From NCBI GenBank assembly GCA_964199315.1, contig OZ116699.1, positions 27,404,001-27,468,000 of the forward strand: a stretch of 64,000 nucleotides of DNA. The letters are read 5' to 3'. How positions within the stretch are numbered: position 1 is the stretch's first letter; every line of letters starts with the position of its first letter. The notes under the pieces were generated by a model. That model was given only the letters and a program-made list of their open reading frames with translations, had not been told where the DNA came from and searched no databases. Positions 47,930-61,500 of the stretch are shown here, piece by piece. Source of the stretch: Orbicella franksi. Its lineage: Eukaryota. Position numbers and translations under genes: made by a program.

Positions 47930-50734
47930 AGTCTCTATGCCATAAACACGTGAACCTGTAGTTGACCAGGCCAATTTTTCACGCGAGTAAACCGCTCATC
48001 TCCCGTTGTCTCGTGTTCGTAAATTGCCATAAGCGTAATTCTTCCGTTCCAAGCCATGGTCATTTTGGGTAATGTTCGATCAAACAATACCAGCAATCGT
48101 CAAATGAAAGGTCACATTGTCATTTCTTACTCGAGGCCGTTGTTCCTTTGTCGAATCGTCGATTCAAACGCTCATATTCTCGATTTATATTACGTTCCGT
48201 TTCTCGGGAAACGACGCCATGTTTGTTTACCTTCAGACCACTTACAACGACATTTGTGATTGGTTAAGAAACTATTACGTGGATTTTCATTGGCTTGTAC
48301 TATTTATCAAACAGCCGGCGCGAAAATAATTTGAAGTCGGCTAGTGAAACAACATTGACATCATCGGATCAGAATATTCTAAATTTATTCAGTGTGGAAC
48401 GTGTCAAGTTGATGTGACATTAGGTGTCCCAAATTTTTAACAATGCTTGCTTTTTATTGCTTTACACCTGCCTAATGATTGTTTTTTTCCGCGAGAACGA
48501 TTATTCATACATATTAAAAATCTGAAAATAGACGGATTGAAAAGAACTCACGACTGCTCCAGGCCCGGCCGAAGGAAGACCGGTAATTCTGTGAAGTGAG
48601 TGAAATCGAAAAACAAAATATATATGTTACACTAGATGAAAACCAAATGCAAAACGTTTTCCAGTGTCAGTGCGTGAAAGTTTCTGTTCTCCCTTTCAAA
48701 ATTTAAAATTAAGATAGGAGCATTTGTAACACTTAGCATAATAATTGAACAGGTTCACACACAGCTTGCTATTTTTGACTGAATTGCTTTTCATTTTTTT
48801 TTCTTTTCCTAATTCTTTTTACGCAAAGTACATCAGTTCAGTTACTTTAACACTCAACTATTGCGTGGTTCAACCAGGCTGCCATTCTCCAGCCTCGCAG
48901 TATGAAAATTAAACAATGAAGGAAATTCCTTGTTTACTTTTTTTTGAAATACAAATATTATCTTTGAATACGTACATTATTGATTAGAAACATTGCGTCA
49001 AGAACCGATGTCAAAAAGGTTTGTCCGTATCTGCACCGCTGCATGGCTAAAAGCTTGATTAAGTTTTCATGTCTTATCTTTTTCATTATTATTTTTTTCG
49101 CTCAGGCTAAGAAAAAACAGACTGAATATAAACTTATATAAGTTTAGGAGGCAAATAAAAAAATATTGCGATTTACTGGTCTAGATAAGCACTGCGGTAG
49201 ATAACACTGTTGTTTTCCCACGCACGCAATAGCTTGGGAAATCCGCCGGTGTTTTTGCCGGGTCTAAATCCATGATAGCTAAAATGATTGATGCCGACAT
49301 TAAAACAGTGACTTTTAAGGAACAATAGCCTTCAAAAAGTATGACAGGCTTAAGTGCAACTGGTCATCCATTTAGTGGTAATAACTTTCAGCCTTGATCC
49401 GGTTCTTAATTGCTTTCTTTGTGGAAGAAACATTAAGCCAACTCGTTAAAGAATCCGACCGAACAAAACATTTCTTCATCGTCCTTTAACATGGTGTTGC
49501 GATTTAATGTAGTGAAAATACATTAAGGAAGTACTGACAAAATTGAATTTATCCGCATGGCCCATTGACCAACAGGAGCATCAGTGACATAAGTGTTTGG
49601 GCTCTACAAAATGCCTAAATAGTCCTGGCAATTACATTAGACCAATACGGAAAGATCTACCAATGAAAAAAAAAAAACTCTTCTTTGTACGCCGTTTAAT
49701 AGCAACAAATACTTTTTTTTTTACTGAGGTCTAGGTTATTTTACTACTGTCATTTTTATATTCAGTGAAATCTGACAAAAAGTTGCGGATATCTTTGTAA
49801 CTGATCGACTACTGATAAGACAGGAGCTCATCACGTGCCATTGTCATTCCTTTTTTTAAATGAGGTTTTCGGCTAACATTTTGTAGAAAAAAGACTGCTA
49901 ATAGTCAGTATAGACTCTAGCTGATCAGTAGTGATGTTAAACCCGAATCATCATCTCCAAGTTCTTCATGTTTCATACTAACCGGAACGATTTTTTTTTT
50001 CATGAATCCGAGTCAGTAGGCGGGCCCTGTACATGTTAGTTTATGTAATTATCTTGTCGTCCCGTCACGTTGGACCATTTGCACGCAGAATAGTTTTGCC
50101 ATCCTCAGGGTTTTATTCAACAAACTGAACGAGATGGCGCGACGGTGATTGTAAAACATAAAGGGTGGATTGTGTACAATTTGTTGAAGTGACGGCTACA
50201 GACCTTGCTTAATAGGATGGCAAAACAAAGTGATTAAAATGCAGTCATATCTTGCTGGGAATTGTGGTTTATTTAATAATTTATATTCTCGAAAATCCTA
50301 CCTTGTCCCTCTTTTATCACCCAAAGGAGATTAGCTCGTATTATGGGAGATGGTCACAATAGCTGTTTTTTTTTTTTTTTTTTTCGTAATCAAACTACTC
50401 AAGAGGTCATTTTCAAAGTAACAAATGCTGGGATGTCCTAGCTCGACTTGACAGCAGCTATAAACTACCAAAGTCGTGAACAATTATTGAGTTGGAATGA
50501 AAGCAATCTCGCCCAAGCAGTGAATATTTGTTATCGTATGGGGTACGACCAGATTTGCGTCCCCCGGCTTCTAGCCATCCGATTAGCTGATTGGGTTTCA
50601 TCCTCTCTTGTCAGAGATGAATTTTCGACTGCTGTAAGCAATACGACTTTGATTCAATTGAAAAAAAAGAAAACACAATTTCTTTGCATGAATGTGCATG
50701 TAATGACCACTATATCCTATCTTCATCCATCTCT

Positions 50735-50752
50735 GGGGGGGGGGGGGGGGGG
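50735..50752 (+). repeat. Poly-G tract (18 nt)
   Basis: Directly visible. Confidence 0.9.
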
Positions 50753-51042
50753 AAAGAAACTTTAAAAAAATTGTAAAAGTTGTAAAATAAAATTCCTGAG
50801 ATTGTTCACGATGCAGCTGGGCCAACATTCATGCTGTGCAGCTCAGCAGTCGTTAAGCCGACCTTTCTATGCTCACGTTTCACAGAGTTCGGGAAAGGTT
50901 TCTCTTTATTCAATTGTTTTGGTCTTTCATCCACGATCGAGATATTTGGTTGCTTTCCTTCCTGGCTGCTATCTGGATTTTTCATCTTGAGCGGTTAGCT
51001 ACGTGACTTCTGTCCGGCTTCAGATATTAATCCGAACATATA

Positions 51043-53744
51043 TCACAGCTTCAACCGCTGGTGGAAGGTTCGACGTAGAGAACTTTTGATGGCCTGGAGA
51101 CCTTTTTCACCTTGGTTGTCTTTTTCTTGCCCACTGGTTTTTGGTTCTTTCGAGAGGTGTTGGGAGCTACTGTCTGATGCAGGGGCCTGGTGCGGACGTT
51201 GGGTGGTGGAGAGCTGAAAGCTACAGATCAACAAAGAAGAGACATGAGTTCATGTATTGATACAAAACGATGTACTCTTTTGTTGGAGTGACCTTTACAA
51301 CTTATATCCCTCTCTATAATTGACCGAACGAAACAACAAATAAAGAACACAAACAATGCCCCTAAGCATAAGAACAAAAAAAGAGTGCCGTTTAACAAGA
51401 ACGAAAGAAAATAGAAGTTGTAGAGCAGTGGAGATCAATTGACACATTCGGTTGACCTGTTTACATCCTTGATGCCGCCCAATTCAGATCACGTGATGAT
51501 TCATTTTAGCGGTTACAATTGTTCTGTTTGCACATAGGACCATGCAACTGAATCAGTTGCGCGTGGCAAATTGCACAATTTCAGCCTCACAAACGAATCA
51601 TCACAAGGTCTGAATAAAATAGCAGCAAGGATGTAAATTAAACTCGTTAGCCGAATCCGTCTGTTACATTTGTTTTTCCCACAGCATTATCATAACAAAA
51701 TGTAAGCAGTGACGGTGACAGAGTTAAAAAAACCTCATTACTTCTTTTTTGAGGATAACATCTCGATTTTAATAACAGTGTCTTTAAGCCACAGGATCTA
51801 GACTACTTCTAAGACGCTCCTGTTTCCGCTACAGGAAATGAAAAGGACATTTATGAAAAAAAAAAAGCCACAGCCAAGCTATTTGTATTTATAGCAAACC
51901 GATTCAGTATCAACTAAAGCACTTCATGGATAGAAAAAAAAAGTAATAAAAATAAAGCGTTCCTATGTAAACAGTAGATGCAATATTAGCTGACAGTAAC
52001 ATTGATAAAAAATGGCCGAGAAGATGCGTAACGACAAGCTAGCTGGAAATCTTCTTCACTCCCAAGGGTTGCTATAATTCCTTATTAAAATGTCAGCCTG
52101 GCCTTCCTGTTTGAACGAAAATGGTTGAAATTTAAAAAAAGAAAAATATGCGCTGACATGAAATGTCATATTATTCTGCAAATATAGAAAAGAAATGTTT
52201 TCAAATTTCCGATCGTGTTTATTTTATAGAGAATCGACAACAAAAGAAAGTAAATAAACTTTGTATACATGGAGATATGTATGATATATTTTTTATCAGT
52301 AAAGCGAAGACTTAAAATACTGTAAAACAATACAAGGCACTTGCTTTCCCGTAATGATTACTGGGTTGATGAAAAAGTGATTACTCTTAAAACGTTGAGC
52401 GTATCGAACTATTCTTTGACAACACAAAAGAACAACATTAGTCAAACTGGGAGGCATATTATGTTCTTCAATGTACCCCTTTACGCGGTGAGCTTTTCCT
52501 ATTTGCAAGGCAATTTCAGGAAAAAAAAGTACAGCATTGCCCGAAATTTACTCTCATATTTACACATATTGGTTATATTGTAAAGCAAACAACAAAAGCC
52601 AACCGTGAAAAGGAAAGAGCTATTAGAGTATTCATATTCAAGCCAAGAAAGTTTAACCATTGGAAAAAATACCACCTCCAGTGTCTCAAAGTAGGCTTTC
52701 ACGTCTAATGAATGCACTTTCATAATTGAAGGTCGCTTGTTACCTTCCCGCTCTGTGACTTTGTAGTAGTATTAATGAAAGTATGCATGAGACGTGATAC
52801 GTGTTAATTTAGCTGTTGCTTTAAAGAAAAGAAGATTGCAACATGTGAATTAATCCGATATTACGCCTTTACCAAGTTTCAATTATTTCAATGAATTATG
52901 CAAAATAAGGTCAGAGTACACAATTCCCAGGCTCTTATTGATTTTTAGGCTTTTTACTACATCATAAGTCGTTGGTATTTACTAAAAAGCACTATTGGGT
53001 TTACCATGTGTACCGCATTCGAAATGTTGATTTTTTTTCCCATAACATTAAAGCAGTATCGATCGTAAGTTGTCATAATGGCCTACTGGAGGATTCCAAA
53101 AAGCTTTATGCATGATTACGTCAGACATCATAATTCACCCGCAAGCCTCGCTTGCGAGAAATTTTCTCAAGCCTCTTCAAGCTGGTTTTTTTGTGTGTGT
53201 GTGGATATTCTTTTCATCTTTGCTGCTTTGGAAATTTGTCCATGATAAAATTTACAATTTGCATTTTTAAAGGGAGGATCGGTGGTGAAATTTGCTTGTC
53301 TAGTGTCACCACGCTAAAGGGCTATTGCTTCGAGAAAATTCGTGTCTAGTAACTTTGGATACTTAGAGGCTGTTAAATGTGTGAACAAAACCTTTTTACA
53401 GATAAAGAAAAGATTAGTTGTACTCTGGGTCTAGAAGGAAGTGAATACTGCTGAGGTGGAGGGTAAGGAGGATTACAGGAAATCGTCACAATTGCTGGTT
53501 TTCAGTGTCACGCAATTCAAAATAGATCAAAATAAAAATAAAAACCGGTCAATAGATAAAGTCCAGAATCTAGGAAATGAAAGAAGGTAAATGTCCAAAG
53601 ACTCTCGCCAAAATTCTAGTCACAGCAATTTTTCTTGTGCGAGATATGCGGAGAATTTTTTTACCCAAATTTATAGAGATTTGTATGGAGAAGCCATGCT
53701 GGTGCCCATCCGTATGGGCACCAACATGGCGGCCGGAAACTGAC

Positions 53745-53790
<46 letters not shown>

Positions 53791-56700
53791 CTCGAGGAAC
53801 TCTAAAACATTAAAATAATACTTTTTCTAAGACATCAACTGTTCAGATAACCAAGTTCCCCGAAATAAGTCACTTTTTTAACCATCATGACATCTCTCTA
53901 GGCCGTCATGTAAATACCGCGTCAAGCAAAAGCTTAGAAATTTAAGCGTAGTGTATCACAAAACCAAGAACCCATTCGGAGCGAAAATTTGTATGAATAT
54001 TAGTTTTCAGCTGCTCTCATACATCATTTAAGTAAAATCTCAGGAAGATCAATAGTTTTGTACTTCGAATTTTAGTGACGTCATGTGAAAACCAGCTATA
54101 GCCTTCCACGTGGAGCCAGAAATCACTTTGCGCAAAAGAGAAGTCGGTTGAAAAACGTTTTGCATCATATTTAACGTGATTTTAAAACTAATCACGAAAT
54201 TAAACAACAGTTTAACTCACCTGCAACAGGGAGATCATCTTTGTATTCGAAATGAACTGCCCTACTCCAGGATGGGGAACGTGGCTGCTGCGTACATCGT
54301 GATGGTGACCGCAAGCTTTTATCCCTGGGTGAAGATGGAGCACCAGCAGCATTTCGTTTAAGCGCTAAATCTTCTATAAATTTCTAAAAGAAATGAGAAA
54401 GCATGACATTTTGGGTACTTTCTATGATAAAAGCTAGATGTGTGGAGGGTTTTTAAACCTTTTTTCTGGTGGCAGTTTTGAAAGAAGCTCGATTGTCAGT
54501 AGATCCCCTCCCTCCCCCTGAAAATTACTTGGTTTGCTCCACAGCTCTTTTGTGCTTATTTCCTCTCGTACTGAACAGTGATGGAGATAAACGTCTTTTG
54601 CATCTTATGGTAGCAGGGGTGCATGCTTAACGAAGTTTACTTTCATAAATTTTACTGACCTGTGGGGGTCCTTGGGGGGTTATCTTCCGTCTTGGGACTG
54701 CCCCTTTGGACGACGGAGCAGTCTTCTTTTGTTTCGCGATTGGAGGAAGAGTTCTTGGGGTGGAATTGGCTTTTATACCAGGCCAACTTGACTTTCGCGT
54801 TTCTTTCTTAATCTCGGGTTTAAGTGCTGTTACGTTCTCAGGGTTTCTCATTTTGTTACTGGCTACTATCGAGGCAGCTGCCATTTTTGCTTCGGCCACT
54901 GTGTGTACGGTATTCGCGATGGCCTGACCTTGTTGTTCCCCTTGTTTACTGTCGTTCTTTTCTTGGTTATTGTTGTTCGTAGCTTTATTTTTGCCTTTTC
55001 CTTTCTTTTTGTCTTTGTCCTGAATTAAAAAGAGAAATGCCTCATCAGAAAAAAGTATTTGCATATACATGCACATTTACCACACAAAGGTGTACTTCTG
55101 CGGGTTATGCTGTTAGAACATGGGGGAGTTGTTGAATACTGGCCGATATTCAGTCTTGAGTTGTTTGTCGGGTTTTTTTTTTTTTTTTTTCACTTTTCCT
55201 TCTTTATTTTTTGTTTCTTTTTCTCCATTTAGTAGTTAGAAGGTAATATTAATAGCATTCTATTGATTTTATATGTAATAAATGTCAAGTATAAGTAAAA
55301 TGAATATTGTAAGCTACGGTATTGTGAATAGTATCAGTAGTGTAAACTACGATAGTATTTTGAGTGGCGGTAATAGTAGTGTAAGTAACGGTTGTATTGT
55401 AAGTAACGTCAGCAACGGTGTAAGTGATATTAGTATTGTATACGTAAGTAAGGTAAGTGCTGTAGGTAATATTATTGTAAGAAGTGTTAGTAGCGTAAGT
55501 AATTTTAGTATTGTATGTAATTAATTTATGATTAAAAAAAAAAGTTAGAAGGTAATAAAAAATAAATAAGAATTAGCTCAAATTTTAAAGCACGAGTCCA
55601 TGGCAGACAGGTCATGTTGGGAGGTGATATTGGAGCTCAAGTTGAACCCGGTTATGTTTCTGAACATGGACTGTACAACAAGTGCGATTGTCTTTTCGAA
55701 AAACAATCTCGATATTAGAGGCAAATGGAACGAAAGTAGATTCATTCAGTTGTTTGAATTGACATGGAGATGAAAGTTTTAACAATCCCGTTCTTTTATT
55801 AATAAACGTTTTGTGTTATAAAAGATCGTGTGATTCATGGCTTTTGCATTAAATTTTAACCTCAGAATACGGTATTGCATGAAAAAAATGATACTTAAAT
55901 AAGAATTGTGTACCTTGTGAAACACTGACACTACACTGAATGGTAATGTGTAGAAAAAATATCAAACAAACAAAAAATTACCCCCCAATAGTTACCCTAT
56001 TCAGTCTATCGTTAAAGAACCGAAATATCTCAAAATCATTATAACAAGTAGTAAAATCTTTGTAGTTCAGCTAAAGACCAGATTGCTTCAGGTTAAACCT
56101 GTTAACTTTCTTGACGTTTAGCAGTTTTAATTGGCGTGATTTATTTTAGAGAAAATCATCACTTGCTGATGTGAAAGATAAATACTACCTAATGGTATTT
56201 TGGTATGAATAGACTGTCAGCTACATTTTCTAATGTACCTCTTCTTCTTCGATTTCAATGGCTTCATGTTCGTCAAAGGGTGTCACCAGAGTGCTTTTCC
56301 ATTCCCAAGCGGCAAGAATTAGTTTACGCACTTCAGGGTTCAAGACAACATAAAACAAGAAGAATCCAAAACCCTGTCGACATAGCAAATGCAATTAAGT
56401 GTTTGTCCAAAAGCGCGGCAAAGACTTCGTCTTAACCTGTTTTTACCATTTGTCCATCCAATTAATTACATGATTTTATTTCATGCACTGTAAATCAGTG
56501 TTTGCGTATAAATAATCACTGGACACCCCGCAGAAACAAACAAAGAACTTTACTATGTTCTCGTGTGTGCCTTACTAAGTTTAGTTCAGTACTAAACGTC
56601 TGCGCGGTTAGATTTCACTAGCTCATGAACATAACCAACATACGTAGACGCACTAAGTTGCTGTTAAATGTAAGTAGCCCCTCTTTGTTTTTTTTGAGAT

Positions 56701-58560
56701 TTTCCTAGCAAAATCAAAGGAGGCCAACAATCCACATCTTTCTGAGTCATCGTATTTTGCTTATGCTTATTCCTATATGCTAGTGAAAACCAGGCTTACG
56801 ACGGTCTACGCACCTAAAGTGCCTAAAAAAATACAGTGAAAGTAGAATCATCACCTGCAACGCGTTAAATATGGAGAAAAAGGTATGGTAGATATCACGA
56901 TCGATGTTCAAGGAAAGTGATCCCAGAAGCCAGGTTAGAATGACACTGATTGTTATGCAAACCACTGTTTGTAAACCGGACCTATTGAGAGAGTTATTTC
57001 GTTTCAACAATTAGTACAAACCAGGAGGAAAGTAGTAGCTGATTCAGAATTGACTGTAGTATCAGTGATATAAGCAGCGAAATGCTTTAGTTTTGAGGCG
57101 AATGAACGACCTATTCGAATTTATTGTTGTTTGGACGAAGAAAGACGGTATCCTAAGAAAACTACAACGTTCTATTGGAACCAACCAGCGAATTATTTTG
57201 TATTCGGGAAAAAAAGGGTCCGTCTTTGATTGATCTGGTCGAAGTTCATTCATGTAAATTTAAAACACATTAATATAACTAACTGATGCCTTACTTGATG
57301 ACACTTTTCTTGGTTTCATTTTCTTCAATGTCGCTGGACTTACGGTAAGTAATCAAAGCTTTCGCCAACAAAACAATGAGTATTAATTGTACCTGAAAAC
57401 AGAAGAAGCAATATGCTCATGATTTTGGATATTTATTATCCATCAGAGTTAGGTGATAAGGAGACAGCCCTTGGCTCATTTCAGGCTCTCTGAGACATGA
57501 GTGTAGGCAGGCCTGAAGATGTGCACTCCGAGACCTGAGTGAAGGCAGTTTTCCACATCGGTCCCCGAAAAGAAAATCATGCATGAAAAATAGCCATACC
57601 TCGAGAATTTGATGTTTCATTACCACCAGGACGCAGTCGCGTCCCGGGTTGTAATGAGGATTGGATGGTCAGAGAGGCTGGTAGAAGAATCGCAGAAAGA
57701 TCTCTTGAGATGCATAGCGATAGGTAATCTACTCACCATCCCTAACGTAATTATGGGTGTTGCCACTGACCAGCTCAACGCGTCAGAGAAGGAGATCCAG
57801 CAGCTGAAACAAAGGAAAACAAACACATAATTGATGTATTTGTTTAAATGTATCAAAAAGCCATCAACACAACAAAAACAACAATAAATAGAGCAGAAGA
57901 GTCTCCTTGAAAACGAGTTGTATGTCCGAAGAGTGATAATAGTAGTGAGCTGTATTTTAATGAGGAAGATATTTGAACAGTGAAGTGATGAAGTAAACGA
58001 AAAATCATAATCACTAAAAAAAGAAAAATGCAACATTTTGTTTCAAGAAACTCTATCAATTCATCCTTTTGGCCCTCTGCCAGTGTCGGTCCTGTCAGCT
58101 GTGTCTATGTGTCTATGTGTCTGTCTGTCTGTTTCTTTACATTTCAATGAATATAGTATCGCAATATGTTAATATAAACAGGGATTAACTCACTGTGGAT
58201 GTTTATCGTACATCTCGTACTTAGAGGCAAGGACACATACAACAACAAGCGGTAAACCTGAACCAAAACCGCAGCAAAACATTAGTGCATTTTAAATCAC
58301 ATATTGCAATGCAATGTATATTTCACTGCTCAACTACCAACGTCGTATTGTAAAAGACTGTCCATGATAACTTTCCTTACCCCAAGCGCCTGCGTAATAG
58401 AGTTTTGTTTTCAGTTTCTGCTGCTCCTCGCTTTCACGCTTCCTGGTGAAGGAGAAGAGGTAAAGGGCCTGGACTATAAGCCAACAGAGAGTTACAAGAG
58501 ACAAATAGTTCATGGTAATGGCCACAACAGCACAAGCAATCTGAAAAGAAATAAAACATC

Positions 58561-58592
<32 letters not shown>

Positions 58593-61500
58593 CATTTGAA
58601 TGGTTTAACTTATCAACAGTTATTTACAAAATATGTAAATGCAAAAATAATCATTAACGATCATTAGCACACCCTTTCACAGTCATGTGACAAAGTGAGT
58701 AATAGAAACTCACTTTACGTGTACGTGTCACTACAGAGCTAAAATCAGGCGATCTCTCATAGTGATCTTACTTTCTAAAACACTACAACTCGATCGTTTT
58801 TTAAACACTTCATTAGGAGATTTAAAGCTATGCAACTAACAATTATTTAATCAGTGTATCATTTTGCAAGAATTGATAAAAATATCACCAAGATTATTTT
58901 GGTTTCAGTTGCACTATATAACCTGTTTTGAAGGCGTATGTCATCCATTTGGTGCTCATTACGTCAAATATCGTAAAGGTATTCGATGTATTAAACCTAC
59001 TGTGTCATCTCTAGCGTCAGCTCCGGCCAGGAATAAAAGCTGAGATAGTAATACGCAAATCGCTTGACTCATTTGCATATCTCGTTCAAAACGGCTGTCC
59101 CTGCATAGAGAAACGATTACAATATGTTACAACGAATGCTTGTTTTAGACGTTTAACGTGACATTCTGTCAGTCAATGGCTACATTTTGCACTTTGATTT
59201 GCGCTTACTCGACACACTCAGCGAGTCAGTGCTATACGGGCATTTTATAGCTCGACGAGCTGCCCTACACGGTCGTTCTCATATCTTTCTCATCCCGTGG
59301 ATTACCGGAAGGAAAATGTTTTACAACAAGGTAACCCTTCATGAAAGTTTCCCCGGGCCTTCTATCTCAGGGGTCTAGTGCCCGGCAATGTGCGTATTGT
59401 TAGTTAAACCTAGCGGGGATCTTCGAAAAAGTGCAGCAGGGCTTTTTAAATCTCCTGCCTAAATAGCGGAATTAACTCAGGAATGAACTGTCATTGCTGA
59501 ATATTACTGTGTGCATTGCCCCTTACATCTCTATCAAAACTCTGTTGAAACTGACAACCTGTAAGAAACGGTTACTGACCAATCCCCAATGATGACCACT
59601 TCATAAAAGTGTTCCTCGATCACATTCGATTCGATGCGAATTACAAAAATTGGTGTCCATATACTATGGATACTATTACTATTACCAAAAGTGTTAAAAA
59701 CTATGTTCTATCTCGGCAATATCAAACTTAAGTTTCCACAATTCTTCCAGCCCTTTCCTTTAGTAATCCGTCCTTCTACTCCCATGGTTTTTTATGTTCA
59801 CTCAAACGAGATGGAGACTAACTCGATAATCTCGCGGTTCTATTAGCCTCCATGCACAAACTATGTATCATTGTCACCTTTAATTGTTATATATGTATCT
59901 TTTTTTCTTTTTTATGCTAATATTGTAATTTCAAAATGTAAGTGCAAAATAAAGTGAAGTTGAAGTTGAAGTTGAAGTTGAAGTATGGAACACAATGCCT
60001 TCATCCTTATTACATAACAAGGTGTTACGACAGCAATAGTGCGCGAGGAAACGGTTTAGAAAAACATAGATAACAGCTTTTTTCAGTCTAATAAATTTCT
60101 TTTGAGTTTCTCACAATTGAACACAGTTAGCAAACATAGGAAGTACTTATAATAATTTACCTTATTTCTTGCGGATTTTTATCACTTTCCCCCTTTGCCT
60201 TGTTGACTGAATTTCCTCCGTGCTCACTTTCCAGGATAAAGTATGTGAAACAAGGACACATCGCTGCCATTACCTTACGCTTTGTGACTTTCCTTTTCAT
60301 GCGGACTAGAAAACTAACTTTTTCAGTCTTCTCGACGTTATCACTCACTTCACGAGTTTCGGTTTTTTCAATGCCATTTCCTTCTGATTCTTCTTCAGCC
60401 TTTGAAGCCTTCTTAACTATGTTGTTAGATGAAGAGGGCTGCCATTGAAAGCAACAGATTGTCACTTTTTCTGGTTCCCGATGAGAAAAAGAACTGTTTG
60501 AATCTTGCGTTGTGTTCCCGTCATTTTGTTTCACGTTTTCACCTGTGGCTGCTTTGAGATCATTGCTCAAAAAATGGTTTTGGTCTTTGTAAGAATTTAG
60601 TGTTACAGCATCCTTTCTCTTTGGTTTAGTTTTTTGAAATACGTTTTCAGTGTCTCCAAGTCCTGTTAACAGCTTATCATAGTTTCGTTTCATTGTTTCG
60701 GCGCCAATCCTTCTGACCCTATCTTCGCCAATTGGAACCTTTTCTTTTTGAACTCCTTTTGATGTAACAACAGCTACCGATACACTTGTACTCGTAACCT
60801 GACGTTTGAAGCGAGCTCCCTCGACAAGAGAATCAGTCCCTCCAGAAACCGTTGTTTCTGTTGCCAGTGTTTTTTCTATAATTGTGTCTTCTCTCTGTAA
60901 ATCATAAATCATCGAAGTCACCAGACTACCGTGACGCGAGAGTTTCCTTTGTCGACCTTCACTGGAACATGGGGAATTTCCTCGTGAGAATTCTTCTCCG
61001 TGCGTCGCGCGGCCGTTTCCTTTCTCTATATCATTTCCTTTTCGACATTTCTTCATTCCTGTCATAACATCAGTCTTCTCTTCGGTAACATGAACTGAAC
61101 GCGTTTTTTCTTTCTTCAGATCACCGCTCTCTAGTAAAAGGGTGAGACTGGAGCGATTCTGACTGCTCTGTTTTTCATCATCGTCTCCTTCAAAAGCCTC
61201 GTTAACTACAGAGTTATTGTTCTTTTCTTTGCCTTTCCCTTTTTTCTTCTTAATCTTCGTGGAGCCTTTGAGTTGAAATTCGTTTGCGCATCTGCATTAA
61301 AAAGATGGATTGATCAATGACATTATACTGTCTACACTTACCGCCAACATTTACTCCACGCGCAACTATGATTCAAAATGAAAACTGTACTGTTGATTTA
61401 GGATCAGAATTAAACTCTGGATTACTATTCTGGAAAACTGTAGATACTTGACCATTGTTAACTCATCGGGGTAGCTATCAATTTCTAAATAAAGATAGAC

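Noticed and set aside
53424-53494. Candidate phase 1-to-0 exon (AIVTISCNPPYPPPQQYSLPSRPR) bridging the 7TM C-tail
   Set aside because: Its acceptor AG lies inside the terminal repeat of the 53491-54100 transposon and the donor is weak. Left unresolved.
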